Shown one piece after another: positions 1 through 6,540 of a stretch of 21,318 nt of DNA. This DNA is from Minisyncoccota bacterium (GTDB lineage: Bacteria > Patescibacteriota > Minisyncoccia > Phycocordibacterales > UBA12079), in NCBI GenBank assembly GCA_023129575.1, contig JAGMBS010000007.1, positions 1-21,318 of the forward strand, read 5' to 3'. The notes under the pieces are model-generated. The model did not search any database. It was not told where the DNA came from and was given only the letters and a program-made list of their open reading frames with translations. The position numbers and the translations under genes are program-made. Numbering within the stretch: the stretch's first letter is position 1; each line of letters opens with the position of its first letter.

Positions 1-83
1 CCGCGGTGCTGGAATTGGTTTACAGAGGCGACTCAAAATCGTCTGGGAGTAATCCCGTGTGGGTTCGAGTCCCACCCCAGGCA
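1..83 (+). tRNA. tRNA-Leu(CAA)-like gene; 5' end at or 1 nt before the window edge; acceptor stem imperfect, possible pseudogene
   Basis: Window positions match tRNA numbering. D-stem is CTG(9-11)/CAG(23-25). Anticodon stem is GGCGA(27-31)/TCGTC(39-43), with loop CTCAAAA giving anticodon CAA at 34-36. A long variable arm (45-57) fits a type II Leu tRNA. T-arm is GTGGG-TTCGAGT-CCCAC (59-75). The 3' acceptor strand is CCCAGGC (76-82) with discriminator A83 and no encoded CCA. The 5' strand (C)CGCGG gives two central mismatches (C·C and G·A) against CCCAGGC. Confidence 0.5.
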
Positions 84-360
84 CAAATACGAGCAAAGCG
101 AGAATTTTTGCCTGGGGGAGAAAGCCGACTGCTTGGCTTTCGTGGGGAATCGAAAGTCGGAATATGTTGCGACTGGAAGGAGCAACAATGAGACGGGGTC
201 GCAAACACTTATGATTTTGGAGCCCGCAGGGCGAACAAAATCATTAGTGATTTGTGTGCGATTCCTCTCCTCGGCACAAGAACCAAATAAGCTTGCTTTT
301 TCTTTTGTTTTGGGATAATCTGAAAATTAGAAAGTACCTAAACATAAACCGTAACAAAAA
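84..360 (+). ncRNA. GC-rich, highly structured non-coding region: candidate small RNA or structured leader of the downstream gene. An SRP-RNA-like GGAA-capped hairpin is noted; identity unknown.
   Basis: No convincing ORF. Local GC is well above the window average. Nested perfect stems include GCCGACT/AGTCGG, CTTTCG/CGAAAG, TTGCGAC/GTCGCAA and GCCC-gca-GGGC. The segment TTGC-GA-CT-GGAA-GG-A-GCAA loosely resembles the SRP RNA helix 8 motif GGAAGGAAGCAGC. Confidence 0.3.
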
Positions 361-370
361 GGAGGGCATT

Positions 371-703
371 ATGAATGTAAATGACGCATGTTGGGCATAC
401 GGATTTGCTCAAGAGGAAATGGGGTGGAAAAAACCAGATCAGGCAAAAAATCCAGTGGAAAAAAGTTTTTTTGAGGTAGCAGAAAAACTTAAACCCCTAT
501 TGTGCGATTTGGTAAAGATGGACAAAACAACATCATGGGAGAAACTGTTGAGTTTGTCGGGTATTTGGTTAGCAGACCAGTTATCAGGTAAAGAGCAACA
601 GGGAAGGTTTGAGAAAACTTTTTCCATAAAGTTGGGAGATAAAGCAAAGAAGTTGTATCAAGATTTGGACGAATGGAGGTATCAAATAACGGGGAAAGTA
701 TAA
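371..703 (+). CDS. hypothetical small cytoplasmic protein (110 aa)
   Basis: ATG at 371 is preceded by AAAGGAGGG 6 nt upstream. Continuous ORF to the stop at 701-703, followed by a strong terminator. The upstream in-frame extension to 254 lacks an RBS and overlaps the structured region. Confidence 0.6.
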   Translation: MNVNDACWAYGFAQEEMGWKKPDQAKNPVEKSFFEVAEKLKPLLCDLVKMDKTTSWEKLLSLSGIWLADQLSGKEQQGRFEKTFSIKLGDKAKKLYQDLDEWRYQITGKV

Positions 704-715
704 TGCTCCTCAAAT

Positions 716-758
716 ATAGAGTATGTGTGGAAAATTCGCACATGCTCTATTTTTTTTG
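716..758 (+). terminator. rho-independent terminator
   Basis: Stem ATAGAGTATGTGTGG / CGCACATGCTCTAT, about 14 bp with G-U pairs, loop AAAATT, followed by an 8-T run. Confidence 0.7.
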
Positions 759-764
759 AAAATG

Positions 765-788
765 AACGGCTCAACTCGTTGAGCCGTT
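765..788. repeat. perfect 24-nt palindrome AACGGCTCAAC-TC-GTTGAGCCGTT, a member of the CTCAAC-NN-GTTGAG family
   Basis: Self-complementary. A near-identical copy lies at 8762-8785 and a related copy at 6181-6202. Confidence 0.6.
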
Positions 789-860
789 CGTAAACAAAGA
801 CAGGCGGGGCAAAGCCCCGCCCTAAAAAAAACTAACAACTATAAACTAAAAGCTAACAAG

Positions 861-876
861 AGCCGCCTGTCAGATT
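861..876 (-). pseudogene. partial duplicate of the tRNA-Thr 3' end (att-like remnant)
   Basis: AGCCGCCTGTCAGATT matches AGCCACCTGTCAGATT (1022-1037, the 3' end of the Thr gene) at 15 of 16 positions. The copy lies about 160 nt downstream of the real 3' end on the same strand. Confidence 0.4.
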
Positions 877-1021
877 TGGTCACGAGTTACTAAGTATATT
901 TTTTCGCTTCGCTCAAAATCTACTAAGTACTCTCGACCCCGGCTCGCCGTCGTTCCGTTTCCTTCGCTTTGCTTCGGTATACTCACGACATGCTCCGCCT
1001 TTCGCCGAACTTTTTTTATTG

Positions 1022-1094
1022 AGCCACCTGTCAGATTCGAACTGACGACCTATGGTTTACAAAACCATTGCTCTTCCAGCTGAGCTAAGGTGGC
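1022..1094 (-). tRNA. tRNA-Thr(TGT)
   Basis: The reverse complement folds as a canonical cloverleaf: acceptor GCCACCT/AGGTGGC, D-arm GCTC-AGCTGGAA-GAGC, anticodon arm ATGGT-TTTGTAA-ACCAT (anticodon TGT), T-arm GTCAG-TTCGAATC-CTGAC. Confidence 0.9.
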
Positions 1095-1150
1095 AAATAA
1101 TTTTTTTACAATCAAAATAAAATCAAAACTCTAAACTTTGCCTTACCAAT

Positions 1151-1188
1151 CCCGACGGTCTCGTCGGAACCCCGACCTTGCGTCGGGG
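1151..1188. repeat. GC-rich double-hairpin element, copy 1 (CCCGACGG..CGTCGG + CCCCGAC..CGTCGGGG), sitting 5' of ATTGGTA in a degenerate tRNA-5'-like context
   Basis: About 85% identical to copy 2 at 12651-12689. GC-rich in an AT-rich intergenic region. Lies about 55 nt upstream of tRNA-Thr. Flanks on the minus strand read GCCAGCATATCTCAG[element]ATTGGTAAGG. Confidence 0.5.
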
Positions 1189-1227
1189 CTGAGATATGCT
1201 GGCGTACCAGTTACTATCAACCAATAA

Positions 1228-1608
1228 TTAGTTACTATTGTCCTTGTCGTTTGAAATATCGCGCAAATAAGGCGAGACGGAATTTTGTTGTTGGTCAGTG
1301 TTTATTTTTTCAGCGGACTTTCTTATTTTAAGCAAAAAATTCACCAAAACATCTATTGATTTATGCCAAAACTTTAGCGTGAGACGCGACAAAATTTGAC
1401 TAAAATACGCGAGGGGCGGAATATCGTTTTGAATTTTTCGTGTTTTTGCTTTTATGATTAAAAAATATTTTTCAAGATAATTGTCGCACCGTTTTAATAT
1501 ATCAGAACGCGCGCGAATTTTCTCCGATTTTAATTCGCGCCATTTCAAAAACAACAGCGCGACTAAAATTAAAAAAGATAAAATTGTAGTTGATATTAAA
1601 AATATCAT
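1228..1608 (-). CDS. hypothetical basic protein with N-terminal TM helix (126 aa); coding status uncertain
   Basis: ORF begins 7 nt after the tsf stop on the same strand. K/R-rich, N-terminal hydrophobic helix, no recognisable family. Confidence 0.35.
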   Translation of the reverse strand: MIFLISTTILSFLILVALLFLKWRELKSEKIRARSDILKRCDNYLEKYFLIIKAKTRKIQNDIPPLAYFSQILSRLTLKFWHKSIDVLVNFLLKIRKSAEKINTDQQQNSVSPYLRDISNDKDNSN

Positions 1609-1614
1609 AAAGAG

Positions 1615-2196
1615 TTAATCAATTGAAAAACGGACAAAGCGACCAATTTCTATTCTTTCGCCGAATTTTTGAGTGGCTGATTCAATCAAGCTGCCAACGG
1701 TCCGGTTTTGGTCTTTGACAAACGCCTGTTCAAGTAAAATTTTCTCTTTGAAATACGCGTCTAATTTACCCGCCAAAATTTTGTCTTTTAAATCGTTTGG
1801 TTTGTCCGCAATTTCTTTGGCAAAAACTTCCCGCGCTTTTTCTTTGTCCTCGTTTTTTAGTTCTTCCTTTTTCAAAAATTCAGGATCGGTGGCGACAACT
1901 TGCATCGCCAAATCATAAGCCAAATTTTTAAATTCTTCATTTTTTGCCACAAAATCGGTTTCGCATAACAGTTCCACCAAGGCGCCGGTTGAACCGCCCG
2001 CGTGAATATAAGCCTGCACAATTCCCGCGCCTAAGGTTCGGCTTGATTTTTTCTCGGCAATTTTGCCGCTCTGTTTGCTCAAAATAATAACGGCTTTTTC
2101 CAAATCGCCCGCGGCTTCCTCAAGCGCTTTTTTGCATTGCATAATGGAAATGCCCGTTTTATCCCTTAATTTTTTGATTTGTTCCGTTGTGACCAT
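1615..2196 (-). CDS. tsf: elongation factor Ts
   Basis: Product MVTTEQIKKLRDKTGISIMQCKKALEEAAGDLEKA... is the canonical EF-Ts N-terminus. The ATG at 2196 is chosen over the track's extension to 2412, which overlaps rpsB. Lies immediately downstream of rpsB. Confidence 0.9.
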   Translation of the reverse strand: MVTTEQIKKLRDKTGISIMQCKKALEEAAGDLEKAVIILSKQSGKIAEKKSSRTLGAGIVQAYIHAGGSTGALVELLCETDFVAKNEEFKNLAYDLAMQVVATDPEFLKKEELKNEDKEKAREVFAKEIADKPNDLKDKILAGKLDAYFKEKILLEQAFVKDQNRTVGSLIESATQKFGERIEIGRFVRFSID

Positions 2197-2206
2197 AATA
2201 TTTTTC

Positions 2207-2926
2207 TTATTTTTTGTCTTGCGGCGCGCAATGGCAAACTGAAGCGATTTCGTTTGCAAAAAGGCGGACACTCGCGCGCGCGGTGTCATTGGCCGAAATC
2301 GGATAATCAATTTTCCTGATATCGCAGTCCGAATTGGCCAGAGCGATAATCGGGATATTTTTTTTCTTGGCCTCCTCAACTGCAATTGTTTCGTATTTCG
2401 GATCAACCACAAACAACGCGACTGGCAATGTTTTCAAAAGGGCGATCCCCGCGAATTTTCTTTCCATTTTCTCAATTTCCTTGTCTATTCGCCCCCGCTC
2501 TTTTTTGGTGTATTTTAGAAGCGCGCCGCTTTCTTTGTCTTCAAGCAATTTTTGATATTTTTCCACTCTCTTTTTAATCAAATCAAAATTAGTCAAAGTC
2601 CCGCCCACCCAGCGATTAGTAACATTGGGCATTTCAATCCCCTCGGCGATTTCTTTAACAATATCTTTGATCTCGCTTTTACTGCCGACAAAAAGAATTT
2701 GCTTTTTGCCTTCCGCAAAAAGCGCCTGAACAAATTTTAGCGCTTCTTTTAGAGAAAGAATTGTTTTTTCCAAATCAAATATCTCTACCCCGTTTTTGAC
2801 GCCAAAAAGAAAGGGCTTTGCCGAGGGATGCCTTTTGGTCCGCGTATAAGCGTAATGCGCGCCCGCTTCAAACATTTTTTCCATTTGGTTATTGTCGGAG
2901 CTTTTGCCCGTTTTTTCCGTTTTCAT
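2207..2926 (-). CDS. rpsB: 30S ribosomal protein S2
   Basis: Conserved N-terminal core FEAGAHYAYTRTKRHP and ...NRWVGGTLTNF, followed by tsf. Start is uncertain: ATG at 2926 (MKTEKT..) is preferred; the track's 2962 is a TTG codon and 2884 is an alternative. Confidence 0.85.
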   Translation of the reverse strand: MKTEKTGKSSDNNQMEKMFEAGAHYAYTRTKRHPSAKPFLFGVKNGVEIFDLEKTILSLKEALKFVQALFAEGKKQILFVGSKSEIKDIVKEIAEGIEMPNVTNRWVGGTLTNFDLIKKRVEKYQKLLEDKESGALLKYTKKERGRIDKEIEKMERKFAGIALLKTLPVALFVVDPKYETIAVEEAKKKNIPIIALANSDCDIRKIDYPISANDTARASVRLFANEIASVCHCAPQDKK

Positions 2927-2990
2927 ACCGCAGATTTTAGCAAATTTAAGCCCTTTCTGCAACTTTTTTTATAATTAATCCGCTTTAGCT

Positions 2991-3140
2991 GAGGTCCGAC
3001 CTCTGAATTACCATAAATTTGAACTTTGGCTACTTTATGCTTGAAGTCCAACCTCTGAATAATCACATATACGCAATCTTTAGGCGCTTTGTTTTGCTTT
3101 ACTACAATTGAGGTCGGACTTCTTTAAATGGTCGGACCTC
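2991..3140. repeat. cluster of 4 REP-like palindromic units, GAGGTC[C/G]GACCTC
   Basis: Units: gaggtccgacctc 2991-3003, gaagtccaacctc 3044-3056, gaggtcggacttc 3110-3122, ggtcggacctc 3130-3140. The last two lie inside the 3' end of prfB. Confidence 0.6.
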
Positions 3141-4003
3141 TTTTTATAAATTAACTCCTCTAATTCTCCACCCTTTATCACTTTGTCAATATCTCTCATT
3201 TCCACGCCGCTGCGATGGTCTTTCACCATTTGATAGGGATGAAAAACATAAGAGCGAATCTGGTTGCCCCATTCTATGCTCATGGTTTTGCTGATTTTTT
3301 TTCCCGCTTCTTTTGCCAACCTTTCTTCCTCTTGTTTTTTATATAATTTGCCTCGCAAGATCTCTAAGGCCTTTTCTTTATTTTGCGCTTGAGTTCTTTC
3401 CGAATCAATATGAGCGGATATATTTGTCGGCAAATGCGTAATGCGCGCTGCCGTATCTCTCTTATTGACATTTTGCCCGCCCGGTCCGCTTGACCTGGAA
3501 AATTCAATTTTCAGGTCCTCTTCTTTTATTTCAACTCGGTCTGTCTTTTTAAATTTTGGAATGACTTCCACCATTGAAAACGAAGTGTGCCGTTTTTGAT
3601 TGGCGTTAAACGGCGAAAGGCGAACCAAACGATGCACCCCTGACTCATTTTTTAGAATGCCATAAGCGTTTGCTCCAATAATCTCAAATGTAATGTTTCT
3701 AAAACCCTTGTGTTCGTTTTCATTTTTGTGCAAGAGACGGGTCTGCCAACTTCTATTTTCAATAAATTTTTTATACATCTGGAAAAGGATGCGTGAAAAA
3801 TCTTCGGCGTCCAAACCGCCCGCACCGGAAAATATCGTCATCACGGCGCCACCCCGGTCGTATTTTTCTTTGCCCTCTATTTCATCTTTTTTTAATTCAA
3901 TTTCTTTAATAACCGCTTGCGCCCGTTTTTTATCTTGCCAAAAATCCGCTTTTAGCATTTCTTTTTCAAGAATTTCAAGTTCTTTTTTTAAATTTCTTTC
4001 CAT
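3080..4003 (-). CDS. prfB: peptide chain release factor 2 with a short N-terminal domain; continuous frame with no programmed +1 frameshift
   Basis: SPF tripeptide motif (LSPFNANQKRHTSF) and GGQ motif (SGPGGQNVNK). The ATG at 4003 (MERNLKKELE) is chosen because the upstream in-frame stretch is the reverse complement of tRNA-Ile. Confidence 0.85.
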   Translation of the reverse strand: MERNLKKELEILEKEMLKADFWQDKKRAQAVIKEIELKKDEIEGKEKYDRGGAVMTIFSGAGGLDAEDFSRILFQMYKKFIENRSWQTRLLHKNENEHKGFRNITFEIIGANAYGILKNESGVHRLVRLSPFNANQKRHTSFSMVEVIPKFKKTDRVEIKEEDLKIEFSRSSGPGGQNVNKRDTAARITHLPTNISAHIDSERTQAQNKEKALEILRGKLYKKQEEERLAKEAGKKISKTMSIEWGNQIRSYVFHPYQMVKDHRSGVEMRDIDKVIKGGELEELIYKKRSDHLKKSDLNCSKAKQSA

Positions 4004-4077
4004 ATACCGCTCATTATACCAGAAATCTGGCGAAAATGATGGAAATGAGATATAATACAAATTGAAAATTTTAATAT

Positions 4078-4150
4078 GCGCGTGTAGCTCAGCTGGTAGA
4101 GCGCTACACTGATAATGTAGAGGTCTCTGGTTCAAATCCAGGCACGCGCA
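4078..4150 (+). tRNA. tRNA-Ile(GAT)
   Basis: Acceptor GCGCGTG/CACGCGC, D-arm GCTC-AGCTGGTA-GAGC, anticodon arm CTACA-CTGATAA-TGTAG (anticodon GAT), T-arm CTGG-TTCAAAT-CCAG, discriminator A, no encoded CCA. Confidence 0.9.
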
Positions 4151-4188
4151 CAACAATTCTTTCTACCAAAAAAATAGTTGAGTATATT

Positions 4189-4893
4189 TTACTGACAGCA
4201 ATACCATTTCCAACCGCTCTGATGGCAACCCGCGTTATAGGCCTCGCTTTGCGAGCGATAACAATGGCCATTACAATGGTATTTTGCGTAAGACGGACAG
4301 CAGCCGCTATTTACCCAACAATAACCCGGCGAACAGTGCCGGCACCCTATGCTGACCTGACTACCTCCGCCGCCAGAAGCGCTACTTTTACCGCTAAAGG
4401 TTTGATAAATGGATTGGCACATCCTATCTTCGGTATTTGGATATTTTCCGGTGGCGCAATGATAACTGTAAAGAACTAAGTATCCCACAAACGCAATAAC
4501 AACTATCTCGATAATTAAAGCAATAATTGAATGTTTGCGAACCTTAGAAAATTCGTCTGTGGGGGCTTGCTCGGGAGTCGGCGGTATTGGTTGTTGTTCC
4601 TCTGGCGCGACCGGCTGATTGGCATACTTGGCGAGTTTAGTATCATTCTCCAGATGCCAAACGCCAAACATAATATAAAGAAAAGTGCTCCAAGCTATAC
4701 TTACGATTAAATAATACAAGATTAGTCCTATCGCGATATAAGTAATATCTCTCTTGAATATATCAAAGTCAAAATTGTCGCTTACAAGCAAAAAAAATGC
4801 GGCCAAAACGACTAAAGATGGAATTATCCAAAGAATTATTTTTGCGACCCTGTACCACCGTTTTTGTTCTATTTGTGATTTTTTCATAGACAT
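4189..4893 (-). CDS. hypothetical membrane protein (3 predicted TM helices) with a Cys-rich C-terminal domain
   Basis: 234-aa ORF. Hydrophobic helices at residues ~18-40, ~52-75 and ~125-150. The last ~70 residues carry 14 Cys (CRHCSPGYCWVNSGCCPSYAKYHCNGHCY...GCHQSGWKWYCCQ). A Pro/Glu-rich linker is present. Confidence 0.6.
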   Translation of the reverse strand: MSMKKSQIEQKRWYRVAKIILWIIPSLVVLAAFFLLVSDNFDFDIFKRDITYIAIGLILYYLIVSIAWSTFLYIMFGVWHLENDTKLAKYANQPVAPEEQQPIPPTPEQAPTDEFSKVRKHSIIALIIEIVVIAFVGYLVLYSYHCATGKYPNTEDRMCQSIYQTFSGKSSASGGGGSQVSIGCRHCSPGYCWVNSGCCPSYAKYHCNGHCYRSQSEAYNAGCHQSGWKWYCCQ

Positions 4894-4975
4894 AATTTTT
4901 AACTATAAACTATTTTCTGTATAATATAATAATTTAACTTGAAAGAAAAGTAAATATGTTGAAAAAATCACAAAT

Positions 4976-5014
4976 AGACAAAAACCCCGCGAAACTTCGT
5001 TTTGCGGGGTTTTT
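4976..5014. terminator. bidirectional rho-independent terminator
   Basis: An A-run precedes stem CCCCGCGAAAC / GTTTTGCGGGG (loop TTC), followed by a T-run; U-runs are available on both strands. Confidence 0.65.
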
Positions 5015-5020
5015 TAAGCC

Positions 5021-5096
5021 AAATGAGCCAAATACACCATTTGGCTCATTCGGCTCTTTTAAAAAATCTCAAAAATCATCCGATTTTTGAGATTTT
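5021..5096 (-). terminator. two further tandem hairpins after the stop of the 5096..5914 gene: an 11-bp perfect stem AATGAGCCAAA/TTTGGCTCATT, and TCTCAAAAATC/GATTTTTGAGA with flanking T/A runs
   Basis: Both stems are perfect. The second directly abuts the stop codon at 5096 and is followed on the minus strand by TTTTTT. Confidence 0.5.
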
Positions 5097-5914
5097 TATT
5101 GTTTTTTGGTGTAACGGACACCTTTGCCTATATTTCCGATTTGAGTTATTTTTTGTTCTTTTTCTAAAATATCTAAATACCGAACAGCGCTTCTGCGAGC
5201 AGTCCTTAATAATTTTCGGACATCCGAGTTTGAAAGCTCTGTTTTTGTTTCAAAAAGCGACATAATTTTATCCAATTTTTTCCTTTTCCTCTCCTGAATT
5301 TTCGCCCGCGCTTTAATCAACAATTTTTGAACAAAATTAGCCGTGCCCGTCGGAGTGTCAGCGACGATTAGGGGATCAGTTTTATAAATGATTTTTTCAA
5401 CCATTTTAATCTCTGGTTGTGACGAAATTTCTTGAGTTTGCTTGTCCTCCGTAGCTTTCCTGTCCTTTGTAGCTTCAGCGGAGGAGGAAGCAATGGCGGG
5501 CTCAACTTTTGAAATTTCAGCGGAAGCAGATTCAACTTTTGGAATTTCAACAGGCGGTAAATTTTCCGCCTGCGGTATTTCCTCAACTTTTTGCTCTTGT
5601 TCTTGTTCAGCCGATTTCATCGCTTCAGTTTCAGTTTGCAAAATTTCTTCAACCTGTTCATTTTCAATTTTTTCTTCCGCGACATTCTCAACAACTTCCG
5701 ATTTCTCAACAAGAGGATTTTTTGGCTCCGCCAAAAAATCCTCCCCCAAAACTTCTTCATTTTTCTCAACCGCTAAATTTTCAGTTTGTCCGTCATTCTC
5801 CGCAACTTCGGCAACCTCGGCAACAGGTTCAACCACTTCCAATTCCGGCAGAACCGAAACAGGATTTTCTTCCGTTATCTTATTTTCCAAATTTTGATTT
5901 TCTTTTGGTGGCAT
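5096..5914 (-). CDS. acidic low-complexity protein with a C-terminal DeoR-like winged helix-turn-helix
   Basis: The N-terminal ~200 aa are E/V/P/A-rich repeats (EVAEVAEVAEN, PVEIPKVESASAEISKVEP). The C-terminus ...NSDVRKLLRTARRSAVRYLDILEKEQKITQIGNIGKGVRYTKK fits the DeoR-type HTH pattern (xxTxRRDLxxLExxGxlxRxxGg). It is a paralog of the C-terminus of 6217..6534. Confidence 0.6.
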   Translation of the reverse strand: MPPKENQNLENKITEENPVSVLPELEVVEPVAEVAEVAENDGQTENLAVEKNEEVLGEDFLAEPKNPLVEKSEVVENVAEEKIENEQVEEILQTETEAMKSAEQEQEQKVEEIPQAENLPPVEIPKVESASAEISKVEPAIASSSAEATKDRKATEDKQTQEISSQPEIKMVEKIIYKTDPLIVADTPTGTANFVQKLLIKARAKIQERKRKKLDKIMSLFETKTELSNSDVRKLLRTARRSAVRYLDILEKEQKITQIGNIGKGVRYTKKQ

Positions 5915-6180
5915 AGTTTAGTTTCCAATGTTTGTTATTGTTTGTTTTAATTCATTAAATTGTTCTTGGTTCATATAAATTTTACTGTTGTTTCTCAACA
6001 CTTCATAGCTAAAAAACCTGATATTCCAATTGCCCAAATTGCTATCCTTTTTGCTTCCTTTGTTAATCTAAATCCATTTTTCTAGTCGTCAGTTTTTTGC
6101 GAAGTCTGTCTTTCCCAAAATTAATCGTTTCTATGTATATATCTTTTTCTTCTATATTTTCCATATTTTTAATTTTTTAA

Positions 6181-6202
6181 TTAACTCAACCCGTTGAGTT
6201 AA
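6181..6202. repeat. perfect 22-nt palindrome TTAACTCAAC-CC-GTTGAGTTAA (CTCAAC-NN-GTTGAG family)
   Basis: Self-complementary. Lies 15 nt downstream of the stop of the 6217..6534 gene, at the promoter-distal end of the R-M cassette. Confidence 0.5.
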
Positions 6203-6216
6203 TCATTCAAAAATTA

Positions 6217-6534
6217 TTATTGCAAGGTATAAAATACATTTGTTCCGATTTTGCCGTGCTGGGTTAATTTTCCGTTTTTTTCCAATTCATCCAAATATCT
6301 TTCCGCGGTAGCGTGCGAAACCCCGCACAATTTCTCAACATCATTATTCGTTATTTTCGGCATCGGTTCCGCATTTTGTCCGCGTCCATTCCGCATTAGA
6401 TTCAAAATCTTTTCTTTATTTTCCCTTTTCTTTTTACTTTGCCCAAAAATCAAACACTTTTTCTTTTTGGAACCAAAATAACCCCCAATAATAATTCCTA
6501 CTATTCCAACTAAAATTAAAACTAAACAGTTCAT
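6217..6534 (-). CDS. membrane-anchored winged-HTH protein (N-terminal TM helix plus C-terminal DeoR-like HTH), 105 aa
   Basis: N-terminus MNCLVLILVGIVGIIIGGYFG is a TM helix followed by a KKKK stop-transfer. The C-terminus ...ITNNDVEKLCGVSHATAERYLDELEKNGKLTQHGKIGTNVFYTLQ is a DeoR-like wHTH. The start lies 6 nt after the methyltransferase stop on the same strand. Confidence 0.6.
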   Translation of the reverse strand: MNCLVLILVGIVGIIIGGYFGSKKKKCLIFGQSKKKRENKEKILNLMRNGRGQNAEPMPKITNNDVEKLCGVSHATAERYLDELEKNGKLTQHGKIGTNVFYTLQ

Positions 6535-6540
6535 ATTTTT

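Noticed and set aside
1-117. tmRNA (one-piece or permuted) interpretation of the tRNA-like 3' domain plus downstream GCCTGGG
   Set aside because: A complete anticodon arm and D-arm are present, which tmRNA lacks. There is no G3·U70 alanine identity pair. No tag-peptide reading frame ending in ..AA-stop was found downstream.
6-318. ORFs 6..191, 20..208 and 133..318 at the window start
   Set aside because: They overlap the tRNA-Leu-like gene and the GC-rich structured region. Their translations look like read-through of RNA structure, and no RBS is present.
803-821. GC hairpin GGCGGGGC-aaa-GCCCCGCC as a terminator
   Set aside because: It is followed by an A-run on the plus strand and lacks a clear U-run on the minus strand. 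It is kept only as an unexplained GC-rich hairpin.
1673-1918. Plus-strand ORFs in the six-frame track lying antisense to well-supported minus-strand genes (1673..1918, 2334..2555, 2386..2577, 2552..2740, 3693..4055, 4222..4479, 5442..5897, 5509..5916, 6251..6481, 7266..7490, 7517..7906, 18449..18793, 19787..20245 and others)
   Set aside because: These are shadow ORFs opposite conserved genes (tsf, rpsB, prfB, gyrA and others). They have low-complexity translations and no starts with ribosome-binding sites.
2197-2412. N-terminal extension of tsf to 2412, of prfB to 4156, and TTG-initiated extensions of rpsB (2962), GGDEF (10748), pilin (15725) and gyrA (20230)
   Set aside because: The extensions overlap the upstream gene or the tRNA-Ile sequence. 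Conserved protein N-termini begin at internal ATGs. The track's first codons at these sites are TTG.
3080-4003. Programmed +1 frameshift site in prfB
   Set aside because: The RF2 reading frame is continuous from the ATG at 4003 to the stop. No internal in-frame stop or shift is needed to recover the conserved domains.
6060-6160. 33-aa minus-strand mini-ORF (MENIEEKDIYIETINFGKDRLRKKLTTRKMDLD) in the gap between the two wHTH genes
   Set aside because: No RBS and AT-rich intergenic context; likely a chance ORF.
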